Below the pieces are notes generated by a model. It saw nothing but the letters and a program-made list of their open reading frames with translations, ran no database searches and was not told the origin of the DNA. Both the position numbers and the translations under genes were made by a program. This document shows positions 27,757-36,306 of a stretch of DNA of 64,000 nt, piece by piece (within the stretch, counting starts at the first letter, position 1; each line of letters opens with the position of its first letter). Source of the DNA: an uncultured archaeon (lineage in GTDB: Archaea > Iainarchaeota > Iainarchaeia > Iainarchaeales > GCA-2688035); the NCBI GenBank assembly GCA_964354805.1, contig CAYHBD010000010.1, positions 1-64,000 of the forward strand. Direction: 5' to 3'.

Positions 27757-28604
27757 TTTCTCGCCTCCAGCAAACACAAATCACAAATAGAGCGCTTTCC
27801 AATCGAGCCAGCAAATTTCTGAATCTGCTTGCAATTAAATTCCGGCTTATACTGGCCCCAACACTTCAACCGAGCAACTGTTAAGTTTTCTTGTTGCTGG
27901 GTTTCAACAAGCTTTTGCAGCAAAGTTTCATTGCCTCTAAAATATGCAAAGGCGTTGGGAGAAAAGCGGCTATTCTGTTGTTTGTTGTTTAAATCAATTT
28001 TGTTGTTTAAGCCGTATTCAAAAAAAGGGCAGTGTTTTTGATTATCTATTCTCCCTGAGGGAGTCTTATACATAAATTTTTTTTCGTTCTCTTTTTTTAC
28101 CGCTTCAACAATTTCCTGCGGCAAAACATTCGTTCCCTTTGCTTCTCGAATCAGTATTTTTAACCTGCCTGTTTTGCGATGTGGTGTTCCTGCAATATGC
28201 CACATCCGTTTGTTTCCAAAGTTTGCCTCATCGAAACTTTTGGAAAGTTCTTCATTCGTCAGCCATAGTGTCAGTGCTTTTTTTACCATTGGGCGAATCT
28301 CTGGCTCAATTAATTCAAGCCCCTGCCATTCCATTTCAAGATGGAAGCTTTTATTTCCGCCATCATAATATTGGTATGCAATACCTTTCATATCGAGCAG
28401 CGAGCAAACAAAATTCATGACCTGTTTGTTTGTTTCTTTTTGTTCAAAATCTGTTTCAAGGCAAAGTTGTTCTGGCCTGATTAATTCGTAATTTGGTTCA
28501 CTTTTCATTTCTTTTTTCCATTGTTCAGGCGTTCTCCACTTGCTCCACCCATCTTTGTATTTTTTTAGGTTGCCTTCAGCAACAAGGTAAAGAAATTCAC
28601 TCAT
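27753..28604 (-). CDS. Archaeo-eukaryotic primase (AEP) with C-terminal PriL-like Cys cluster
   Basis: Motif I LETD, motif II GGNKSFH, motif III D..RMWHIAGTPHRKTG; C-terminal HCPF...FNC...ICDLC. Confidence 0.75.
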   Translation of the reverse strand: MSEFLYLVAEGNLKKYKDGWSKWRTPEQWKKEMKSEPNYELIRPEQLCLETDFEQKETNKQVMNFVCSLLDMKGIAYQYYDGGNKSFHLEMEWQGLELIEPEIRPMVKKALTLWLTNEELSKSFDEANFGNKRMWHIAGTPHRKTGRLKILIREAKGTNVLPQEIVEAVKKENEKKFMYKTPSGRIDNQKHCPFFEYGLNNKIDLNNKQQNSRFSPNAFAYFRGNETLLQKLVETQQQENLTVARLKCWGQYKPEFNCKQIQKFAGSIGKRSICDLCLLEARK

Positions 28605-28701
28605 CAAAATTCCCCCGGCAAACTTCGCATTCCCCGCATAATTCGGGCATAAAAAGGCAAAAGCGAGGACACCAAATAGCACGAAAAATTTTAAGGCTCA
28701 T
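28597..28701 (-). CDS. Tiny Cys-rich ORF (34 aa)
   Basis: MSLKIFRAIWCPRFCLFMPELCGECEVCRGNFDE; GGAGG RBS; fills the operon gap. Confidence 0.4.
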   Translation of the reverse strand: MSLKIFRAIWCPRFCLFMPELCGECEVCRGNFDE

Positions 28702-28873
28702 GTCTGCTTCCTCCATTTTTGTTTTCAATCGCAGACAGCCTGCTGGCTACATCCATTAACCTTTCTTCAGCCTGTCGCAGCCTGGAGTTTAAGGCTTCAA
28801 TTTCTTCCTGCTGTCGTTCAAAAGAGCGGGCAGGGTGGCTGGTGCAAAAGCCTGTGTTGAGGCTGCTACGCAT
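28691..28873 (-). CDS. Small coiled-coil protein
   Basis: Heptad-like IEALNSRLRQAEERLMDVASRLSAIE. Confidence 0.5.
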   Translation of the reverse strand: MRSSLNTGFCTSHPARSFERQQEEIEALNSRLRQAEERLMDVASRLSAIENKNGGSRHEP

Positions 28874-29054
28874 GAGGCAACACCTCAACTTTTTGAATCA
28901 GGGAAAAAGCAAAAACTTGGGGCAATCCAAACTTATCAATCATGCCGAGCTTATCATCCGTAACAGAAATTATTTTGCCTGAATACACCCTCTGTTGTCC
29001 GCAATCAAAAACAACAACCTTGCAAAATTTTCCAAGAAAAAGTTTCCAATCCAT
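28866..29054 (-). CDS. Sm/LSm-like small beta-barrel protein
   Basis: FLGKFCKVVV...YSGKIISV...LGMID...FSLIQKVE; GGTGAGG RBS (alternative start 29120). Confidence 0.6.
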   Translation of the reverse strand: MDWKLFLGKFCKVVVFDCGQQRVYSGKIISVTDDKLGMIDKFGLPQVFAFSLIQKVEVLPHA

Positions 29055-29116
29055 TTCCTCACCTTTTTTATTTTTTTTCTCGCCTTCGCAGCTCGGCGCA
29101 AACCGCTTGAAAAAAT

Positions 29117-29254
29117 TCATTCGGCATTTTTTTCAGCCTCCAGCGCAGAATGGAGCAGATGCAGCAGCAAGGCCGTGCGTGTGTTGAATTGTTGTTTTTT
29201 TGCGTCAATGCGCCCAAGTAATTCAGCTGGGCAGTTGAATTGAACCAAAGGCAT
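29117..29254 (-). CDS. Ribbon-helix-helix (CopG-like) protein, 45 aa
   Basis: Manual translation MPLVQFNCPAELLGRIDAKKQQFNTRTALLLHLLHSALEAEKNAE; AGGTGA RBS; first gene of the operon. Confidence 0.65.
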   Translation of the reverse strand: MPLVQFNCPAELLGRIDAKKQQFNTRTALLLHLLHSALEAEKNAE

Positions 29255-29414
29255 TATTTTGTCACCTGAATGTAATGGTGCGGTTGGAATTTATAAATGT
29301 TTTTCTTTTTTTTACTACTTTTTTTTGTGGTAGGTATTGCTTTTTCTACTACTAAAATAAGGTTTTAATGGGAAAGCCATAGTTTTATAAAGAGAAACCC
29401 CTATTATTTGTAGT

Positions 29415-30401
29415 ATGCCTACTACTGAAAGAAAAGAGCTGGAAGACCTTGCAAATTGCTTGGGAACACCAAAAACAAGCAGGGTTTTGCAGTTAATTGA
29501 GCTTTCAAACAATGGGCTGCTGATGCAAGACCTCTTTTCCCTGCTTAACGCACCAAAAGACAAGGGCACCCAGGATGCTTTAAAATTGCTGCAAGAAAGT
29601 GGTCTTATTGAAAAGCGAAAAGGCACAAACGTAAAAACAATCAGGGCAACATGGCAGCAAGAGCGCAACAAACTGCCTGCGCTGATCGAAATAAATATTG
29701 ATGCAGGCCTGCGTTTTGGCTCGAGGTTTTTTTGCAAGCAAAACCCGGTTGCGCTTTTCTTTGAAAAAATAATAAACAAAAATGGGTTGAGCAAAGAACA
29801 GCAAGCGCTTTCTCCTTGCCTTGATGCAATTGGAAAAGAGATTGCGGCGAGATGGGAATGGCAAAAGCTGGCTGTTGATTTTAACACAGAACTACTGCCT
29901 GCTTTTGCTCAAAACTTTGAAAGCATTGGCAAAGAATTGGGAAATGCGTCTTTAAACAAAATATTAATAGCTAAAAAGGGCGCTGCAGAAGGTTTGGAAA
30001 TGCTTAATCAAAAAACGATTGAGGTAATGGAAGAAATGAAGAAGGAAAAAAAAGCAGGCCGTTTGGCTTTTGTTGCAAGCCTGAAAGAAGAAAAAACGCT
30101 TTCCACACATTTGGATTATGTTTCACATATGCTGCAGCGCTTGCTTGTTGAAGAATTTATTCAGCACTACACCCGCTTTTATGAGTATGTTGCAAAAGAG
30201 CAAGCGCCGGCAATTGATTTGGATAAAATAAATTTTATTGTTTCCCTGCTGCAAGAGGTTGAATCACGCCTTTCAAAAAACGCCCTTGTTTTTGAGATTG
30301 TTTCCCGCTTGCAAAACTTCAACAACCTTTTAAGCGTTGCAATGGAGCAAAGGAAAACAATGGTGCTTTTGGAAAATAAGAAAGTGGCAGAAGGCAATTA
30401 G
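29415..30401 (+). CDS. Winged-helix (ArsR-like N-terminus) regulator with helical C-terminal domain
   Basis: LGTPKTSRVLQLI...ALKLLQESGLIEKRK; divergent from the RHH gene. Confidence 0.6.
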   Translation: MPTTERKELEDLANCLGTPKTSRVLQLIELSNNGLLMQDLFSLLNAPKDKGTQDALKLLQESGLIEKRKGTNVKTIRATWQQERNKLPALIEINIDAGLRFGSRFFCKQNPVALFFEKIINKNGLSKEQQALSPCLDAIGKEIAARWEWQKLAVDFNTELLPAFAQNFESIGKELGNASLNKILIAKKGAAEGLEMLNQKTIEVMEEMKKEKKAGRLAFVASLKEEKTLSTHLDYVSHMLQRLLVEEFIQHYTRFYEYVAKEQAPAIDLDKINFIVSLLQEVESRLSKNALVFEIVSRLQNFNNLLSVAMEQRKTMVLLENKKVAEGN

Positions 30402-31699
30402 CCGTTTTCTGCCAGTATTTTTTTATTCATCCCCGTTTTCTGCGCCATTTTTACCATGAATCCCAAAACTTCTTTTTGCATTGCCGGGTTTTTGAATGCC
30501 AATTGCATTGTTTCAATCAGCAGGTTGTTTTCTTTGCTTTCTTTTGCCAGCACGTTGTCCAATCCGAGTGTTGCTCCGCATTGCTCGCAAAATCCATTGC
30601 TTTCTGTGCTGCTGCAAATCGGGCATTCTTTTGGCATCATGCAATTGCCTGCGTTCAGTTCAAAGTATGGCTTCTCAAAGTCCACCGGCTTTATATGCGT
30701 ATAATTCAGGCTAATCCTTTTGCTTTTGCTCCACCCAAACCAAGCATACTTTATATCCTCGCCCCAGCCGCTGCATCTGCTGGCCATCATGTGCCTGAAA
30801 ACGCTGGTTGCCTTTCTTTCAGGCAATTCAACGCCGCCTGCTGCAAAGGCTCGCAGAACCAGCTGTCGTGCAGCAACATAGCTTAGCCTGTTGCCAAAGC
30901 GGTCAGGGAACAATGGTGCTTCTTGGTTATCGTGTTGGTAATTCTGCAGCCATTTTGTAATGTATGGCTTGCAGAGATAGCCGATAACCGTTCTCGGTTT
31001 GGTTTTTGAAACAGGAAAGTGCAGCAGCAGATAGTTTTTTCCCTCTGCCTGCTTTATGTCGCTTACGTTCATGCCAACTGCTTCGGTTATTCGGCATCCA
31101 GCATCATTCATAATTGAAAGCAGTGCCTGGTTGCGGAAATAGAGCGGGCTGTTTGCCCTGACCAGCTTTGATGCCCTTATTGTTTGCCCTTCTCTTTGTG
31201 CCTTGCTTACCAATGCGTGTTTTTCTATTATGCCCTTAATCTGTTCCTGTGTGGGCAGTTCAATTAAATCTTCTACATCAGGCCGCTTGGGCATCTCAAT
31301 GTTGTCAATTGCCTCAGGGTATTTGCCCTTTTTCATGTTGAAATGGTATCGCAAAAACTTTTTTGTCAGCCAAAAGTATTTCTCTACGCTGCCCCAGCTT
31401 AATGAACCTTTATCCATTCTGTCAAGCATGGAATTGAACCAAGCTTCGTTATCTGCTGCTGTTATGGCTTCAACGTTTTGCTTGTTGTGCCACAGCAGGT
31501 AATGATAGCTCACATCCAAGTCTTTGCATTGGGTGTTAATTCTTGCACCCTTGTCTTTTGCGTTGTATCTCACAAGAGCTTGCTTGCATTCTTCGCTCAA
31601 TTCGCTGTCCTGAATTTTTTGCAGCAGGCCTGCTGTTTCTTTTCGCCTATTATGAATATCAATCTCTTCTTTACCATTTGAATTAGGCTTCGCAGCCAT
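30398..31699 (-). CDS. int: Tyrosine recombinase/integrase with C-terminal zinc ribbon
   Basis: GCRITEA (R), SKTK (K), SVFRH (HxxR with S for H), FGWS, NYTH (Y); CPIC...FCEQCG; adjacent to tRNA-Ser att. Confidence 0.9.
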   Translation of the reverse strand: MAAKPNSNGKEEIDIHNRRKETAGLLQKIQDSELSEECKQALVRYNAKDKGARINTQCKDLDVSYHYLLWHNKQNVEAITAADNEAWFNSMLDRMDKGSLSWGSVEKYFWLTKKFLRYHFNMKKGKYPEAIDNIEMPKRPDVEDLIELPTQEQIKGIIEKHALVSKAQREGQTIRASKLVRANSPLYFRNQALLSIMNDAGCRITEAVGMNVSDIKQAEGKNYLLLHFPVSKTKPRTVIGYLCKPYITKWLQNYQHDNQEAPLFPDRFGNRLSYVAARQLVLRAFAAGGVELPERKATSVFRHMMASRCSGWGEDIKYAWFGWSKSKRISLNYTHIKPVDFEKPYFELNAGNCMMPKECPICSSTESNGFCEQCGATLGLDNVLAKESKENNLLIETMQLAFKNPAMQKEVLGFMVKMAQKTGMNKKILAENG

Positions 31700-31780
31700 T
31701 CGCAATCACCTCACTTTAGGGCTGCATTACTACACCGCAACCCTTAAAAAAGGCAACTGCGAATGAACTGCGAACACTGA

Positions 31781-31996
31781 CGCAGGGGCTGGGATTTGAA
31801 CCCAGGCTCCCTTTCGAGAACGAGCTCGCCGCAATTTTCGCTTGAAAAAGAAACCAATTTTCTTTTACTGAATCTTTTCTTTTTCAAAAAGAAAAGGCTT
31901 GTTTTGCAAAGCAAAACCCCTTTTCCCCAGGCTTTTTTGCGGAAGCAAAAAAGGCTGTTAGCAGGCTCGCGCGTTAAACCACTCCGCCACCCCTGC
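31781..31996 (-). tRNA. tRNA-Ser(GCT) with ~132-nt intron at 37/38 (31827-31958)
   Basis: Acceptor GCAGGGG/CCCCTGC-G; anticodon stem CGAGC/GCTCG with CT-GCT-A; long variable arm; GTTCAAAT T-loop; central helix CUGC/GCGG. Confidence 0.9.
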
Positions 31997-32053
31997 AGCT
32001 AGAAAATATTAACGGTGAAAACAATTAAAATTCATCGGTTGCAAAGTTTCTTT

Positions 32054-32446
32054 ATGCCTAGAGTGCTAAGGGGAAAGAAAGCACGGGCGCCCAGAGTGCC
32101 TGCTAAAAAAATGGCAGCCAGGCGTTCAAGGTTTAAGGATGCAGTCAGCGGGATTTGCAATTCTCTGGAATATTCTGTTCCCTGGATTGGTTATGCAAGC
32201 CAGGTTGGAAAGCGCCCTGAAACGCTGGGGAAGGCCCTTGCGCTTGTTGGCAAAAACCGAGGGCAGGCATTTAAAATATTTTACAGGCTTGCTTTAAGAG
32301 GCGGAAACAGCAAGGCTTTTGCGAGAAGGCTTGCAAATTATTTTGTGAAGAAAGAATTTGACCCATACTCAAACCAGGCAAAAGAGTTAAATCTTTGGTT
32401 TCGCAGGGAAGCAAAAAATATAAAAAGGCGAAAGGGTTATATTTAA
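32054..32446 (+). CDS. Basic orphan protein
   Basis: MPRVLRGKKARAPRVPAKKMAARRSR N-terminus. Confidence 0.55.
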   Translation: MPRVLRGKKARAPRVPAKKMAARRSRFKDAVSGICNSLEYSVPWIGYASQVGKRPETLGKALALVGKNRGQAFKIFYRLALRGGNSKAFARRLANYFVKKEFDPYSNQAKELNLWFRREAKNIKRRKGYI

Positions 32447-32450
32447 GTGA

Positions 32451-32735
32451 ATGAGCGAATTTTTGTTTCTGGATGTTGTTGCAGTCATAGCCGGTGTGGC
32501 GGCGATTCACTTTGTTTTGAAAGCACAGAAGCACTTTGGATTGCTAGTCCAGCCTGCTTTCCAGCTGCTTACAACAGTAATCGGCCTGCTGATGGCGACA
32601 ATTGTTGCGAAATACTTCGTTGAAAAAGAGGGCGCGCTGAGCGCGTTGAACAACGCTGTAATAATCGGAATGCTGCTGGCGATCTGCATGGCAATGTGGA
32701 TATTTAACCAAAAAATGCCGAGAATAAAAAAGTGA
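32451..32735 (+). CDS. Small three-TM membrane protein
   Basis: Three hydrophobic segments. Confidence 0.6.
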   Translation: MSEFLFLDVVAVIAGVAAIHFVLKAQKHFGLLVQPAFQLLTTVIGLLMATIVAKYFVEKEGALSALNNAVIIGMLLAICMAMWIFNQKMPRIKK

Positions 32736-32806
32736 AAAACGGCTTTTTCTCCATCTGCTTTTTTTGTTTTTAAAAGGTTTAGGGAAAGTTTAACTGAACG
32801 CCATTA

Positions 32807-32965
32807 CGCCCGAGGAAGGACTTGAACCTTCGACCATCCGATTTCCGCATGGCCTTCCAAGGAAGGTATCCACCGTTAAAACACGATTTAACAGTCGGAT
32901 GCTCTACCTGTTGCCCCAGAAGAAACTGTTTTTTCACAGCTTGCTTCTGTCTGAGCTACTCGGGC
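32807..32965 (-). tRNA. tRNA-Asn(GTT) with two introns (15/16: 32911-32950; 37/38: 32843-32888)
   Basis: Acceptor GCCCGAG/CTCGGGC-G; D stem GCTC/GAGC; anticodon stem TCCGA/TCGGA with CT-GTT-A; both junctions fold as BHB-like motifs. Confidence 0.88.
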
Positions 32966-33448
32966 ATGGATTAATAATATGATAAAGAGAACTGGATTTA
33001 AATAAAAAGCTTGCTGAATTGGCGTTTTGCAAAAAAATTGGATTATTGCACACTGCTTTTGATTGCAGGCGATGCAATAAAAACAGCGAGAAAAAAAGCG
33101 CTTTAACCCGCTTATACGTGCAAAGAAGCGAAATTAACACTTTTTTCAGAAAATAGGGCTTTGTTAATTGCTTAATGCAATGCAGGCCCTGTTTTGTTAT
33201 GGCTGTTTTTAAATACCAATGCAAAATGCATTATACATAATTCGGGGGGCGTTATTCTTGCTTTGTTTCAGAAAAAGAAGAAAATCCTGCTTTTATACAT
33301 AAAAGGGAACCTATATTAAGCACTTTGGGTATAATATTAGCGCAGTTTTTCAAAGTGTTGCATTAGGGAATAAAAAAATTTCATTTGCAATATTTTGATC
33401 AAAGTGCTGCAGAGGGGTGTAATTTTATTATCTTTCGCAGCGCTTTGT

Positions 33449-33502
33449 CACAATGCCAAGCAGCGAAAACAAAAAACAAATGTTCTTTAGCTTGACATTG
33501 TG
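33449..33502. repeat. MITE-like IR element copy
   Basis: CACAATGCCAAGC...GCTTGACATTGTG. Confidence 0.65.
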
Positions 33503-33536
33503 TTGCTGTTAAAATTTTTTTGAAAGGGGTGGTAAG

Positions 33537-34616
33537 TTGAAGAGTCTGATTGAAAATGCAATGGACAAGTCCACTGGAAAAGTGGATGAGGATAAAATCG
33601 AGGAATTTGGAACTCCAAAGATAATGGTTGTTGGAGTCGGCGGAGCAGGCTGCAACGCGGTTAACAGGCTTGCAAACATGGGAATTTCAGGCGCACAGCT
33701 GGTCGGAGTGAACACTGACAAGCAGCACCTTGCATTGATCAACGACGAGTTGACAAAAATCCTGATCGGAAAAAGCGTTACAAGGGGCCTGGGTGCAGGT
33801 GGCTATCCGGAGATTGGGGCAAAGGCAGCAGAGGTCAGCAGGAATTCATTGGAGGAAGTGCTGAGCGATGTTGACATGCTTTTTATTTCAGCCGGAATGG
33901 GCGGAGGCACTGGAACAGGAGCAGCTCCAATAATTGCGGAGATTGCAAAAGAGCAGGGCGCAATCGTTATTGGAATTGTGACATACCCGTTCGCTCTGGA
34001 AAAAGCAAGATTGATCAAAGCAGAAGATGGAATCGAGGCACTGAGGCAGGTTACTGACACAGTGGTTGTAATAGACAACAACAGGCTGGTTGAACTGGTT
34101 CCAAATCTGCCAATCCAGGACGCATTCAAGGTTGCGGATGAAGTCACAGCAAGAACAGTCAGGGGAATAACTGAAACAATCACGCAGCCAAGCCTGATTA
34201 ACCTGGACTTTGCTGATGTAAGGGCAGTAATGTGCAACAAGGGCCTGAGCGTTATCGCTGTCGGGGAAAGCAAGAGCGTTGACAGGGTGAACGAGGTAGT
34301 TGAAGACACTTTGAAGAACGCTTTGCTTGATGTCGACATTGGCGGTGCAACAGGCGCAATGATCCACATTACAGGCGGACCAGACCTGACTCTTGGAGAA
34401 GCAAACGCTGTAGGGGAAATGCTGACCGACAGGATTGACCCGAAAGCACAGGTAATCTGGGGCGCAAGGGTTGACCCAACATTCGAGAACAAGATAGAGG
34501 TAATAACAATCTTCACAGGAGTCACCTCCCCATACATTAAAGGGCCAAATCCAATCCCGAGCTCGAGCTATACACCGGCATCAAAAAGCGATTTGGGAAT
34601 AGATTATTTAAGATAA
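33537..34616 (+). CDS. ftsZ: Cell division protein FtsZ
   Basis: GVGGAGCNA, GMGGGTGTG, INLDFADV. Confidence 0.97.
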   Translation: MKSLIENAMDKSTGKVDEDKIEEFGTPKIMVVGVGGAGCNAVNRLANMGISGAQLVGVNTDKQHLALINDELTKILIGKSVTRGLGAGGYPEIGAKAAEVSRNSLEEVLSDVDMLFISAGMGGGTGTGAAPIIAEIAKEQGAIVIGIVTYPFALEKARLIKAEDGIEALRQVTDTVVVIDNNRLVELVPNLPIQDAFKVADEVTARTVRGITETITQPSLINLDFADVRAVMCNKGLSVIAVGESKSVDRVNEVVEDTLKNALLDVDIGGATGAMIHITGGPDLTLGEANAVGEMLTDRIDPKAQVIWGARVDPTFENKIEVITIFTGVTSPYIKGPNPIPSSSYTPASKSDLGIDYLR

Positions 34617-34666
34617 GCCTTTTTTGCTTCCGCAAAAAAGCCTTGGGAAAAAGGCCTTTGGGAAAA
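34616..34666. repeat. REP-like unit between convergent genes
   Basis: AGCCTTTTTTGCTTCCGCAAAAAAGCCTTGGGAAAA, one mismatch to the tRNA-Ser intron copy. Confidence 0.8.
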
Positions 34667-34767
34667 CAAAAAAGCAGGGGGCAGAAAAATTACCCCTTTC
34701 TTTTTTCTTTTTTTTATTTAAATTTTAATTTCTGTTTCTTTAATTTTTGCAAGTTCAGTTCATTAAT

Positions 34768-36306
34768 TCACAGCAGCAGGGGCAGCGCGTTCAGCAGCAG
34801 CAGCCCTGCAACAATCCAGAGAAAAAGCCTGCCAATGAATTTTTCTGTTTCTTTTTTGCTCATCCCAAGAAAGCCGAAGTATGGCAGGAGTATGATTTTT
34901 GCTATTTTTCCGCCGTCGAACGGAACAACAGGCAGGAAGTTCACTGTAGCAATCAGGAAGTTCAGCAGGATAAGCCAGAAGAAGAAATCAATCAATACAT
35001 TGCTTACTGTGGAAAACAGCTTGAATGATTCAGGGATTGCATAATTTGGATTCATTTTTTCCTCTATTTCAAAACGCGCCAAGCCCAATTCGTTTGGGGT
35101 AATTGTTTCCCGCAGCAAGGCACCGTTCACATCAAGCAGCATTGTAAAAGGCTTTTTCCTGTTATTGCTCAATTCGTTGGAAACATCCTCCTGGAAGGAA
35201 ATGTTTTTGTCGTTCACCTGCAATATCTGCATTCCTGCCTTCAGCTTCCCGAAAGCGGGATTTGCATATTTCTCCCCACAGATGTCAATGTTCTGGTCAA
35301 CGCTGGTTATTACAACGCCTGTAACGCTGTTCTGCCTTATTTCATTCGCCCAGCCGCCAAAGAATGGGATAGTGACAGCCAGATAAAAAACAGTTATCAG
35401 CAATGTAATTGCCATGCTTGCATACAAATTCGCTGCCGGCCCAGCAGCGTAAACACGAGCCTGCTCTCTTTCATTTTCTTTCTGCAGCTGTTTCTCATCA
35501 GGCTCAACAAACGCCCCAACTGGGAATATGCCAATTAAAAGCAGGCCAGTGCTCTTGATTGCAAGCTTTATTTTTCTCGCAAGCACTCCGTGCATCCCTT
35601 CGTGCAATACAAGAATTATTACAAAGCTAATCCATGCATGAATTGGCACTGTTATTGGAACATTTGGGATCTGCACGCCTGGAATTATTGGAGCAACTCC
35701 AGGGCAGGCCTGCTTTCCGGCAAGCATGCTCTGCACTATGAACAGGCCGTATGCAAGCAGGATAATTGTCATTGTGCCAGCCAGGCCAAATACGCCGAAA
35801 GCAATTTTTGCAACAGCATCCCAGTTTTCAGTGAAAGGGTTTTGGAACAGCATCTGGAAAAAATAAAAACGCGCTGAAAGCGCTTCAATCAAAACATACA
35901 GGGCTGCGCTTGATGCAAAAAAAATCGCAATCCTTTCAATGCGCTGCTTTTTCCTGCAGAACAGGAAATCAATTGCAACAGCGCCAAAGCCCATTATCAA
36001 GCCAATGTCAGCGAACCAGTTCAGGGCGCGCTTGTGCCTGGTGAATTTGTCAAACAAGGGAACAAAGCGCTTTGTCCTGAAAAGTGAAACAAAATAGTAT
36101 GTTTCAGCCTTTCCGCTTTTTTTCAGCAAATAGGTTGAAGCAAAAATGAATGCAATTATGCCAATTGCCCACAACACTATTTCATTTAGCAGAAGCGAAC
36201 CAATATCAGTGAATGCGTTCAAAAAAAACAGCTGCATCAGCAAAATTAGCATGTTCCAGTTTTTAATTTTATGCCAAGCTGGCATCGCAAAGGCAAACAG
36301 GGTCAT
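34768..36306 (-). CDS. Site-2 protease (M50) with PDZ-like insert
   Basis: HEGMH, GAFVEPDE, AAGPAAN, NFLPVVPFDGG; true start probably somewhat downstream. Confidence 0.9.
   Translation of the reverse strand: MTLFAFAMPAWHKIKNWNMLILLMQLFFLNAFTDIGSLLLNEIVLWAIGIIAFIFASTYLLKKSGKAETYYFVSLFRTKRFVPLFDKFTRHKRALNWFADIGLIMGFGAVAIDFLFCRKKQRIERIAIFFASSAALYVLIEALSARFYFFQMLFQNPFTENWDAVAKIAFGVFGLAGTMTIILLAYGLFIVQSMLAGKQACPGVAPIIPGVQIPNVPITVPIHAWISFVIILVLHEGMHGVLARKIKLAIKSTGLLLIGIFPVGAFVEPDEKQLQKENEREQARVYAAGPAANLYASMAITLLITVFYLAVTIPFFGGWANEIRQNSVTGVVITSVDQNIDICGEKYANPAFGKLKAGMQILQVNDKNISFQEDVSNELSNNRKKPFTMLLDVNGALLRETITPNELGLARFEIEEKMNPNYAIPESFKLFSTVSNVLIDFFFWLILLNFLIATVNFLPVVPFDGGKIAKIILLPYFGFLGMSKKETEKFIGRLFLWIVAGLLLLNALPLLL

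Larger units (their letters stand above)
20899..31791. mobile_element. Integrated element (provirus/satellite/integrative plasmid) at tRNA-Ser 3' end, ~10.9 kb
   Basis: Exact 11-bp direct repeat CGCAGGGGCTG at 20899-20909 and 31781-31791 (tRNA 3' end); integrase adjacent to tRNA; primase, helicase and ATPase genes in a tightly coupled minus-strand operon. Confidence 0.9.
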
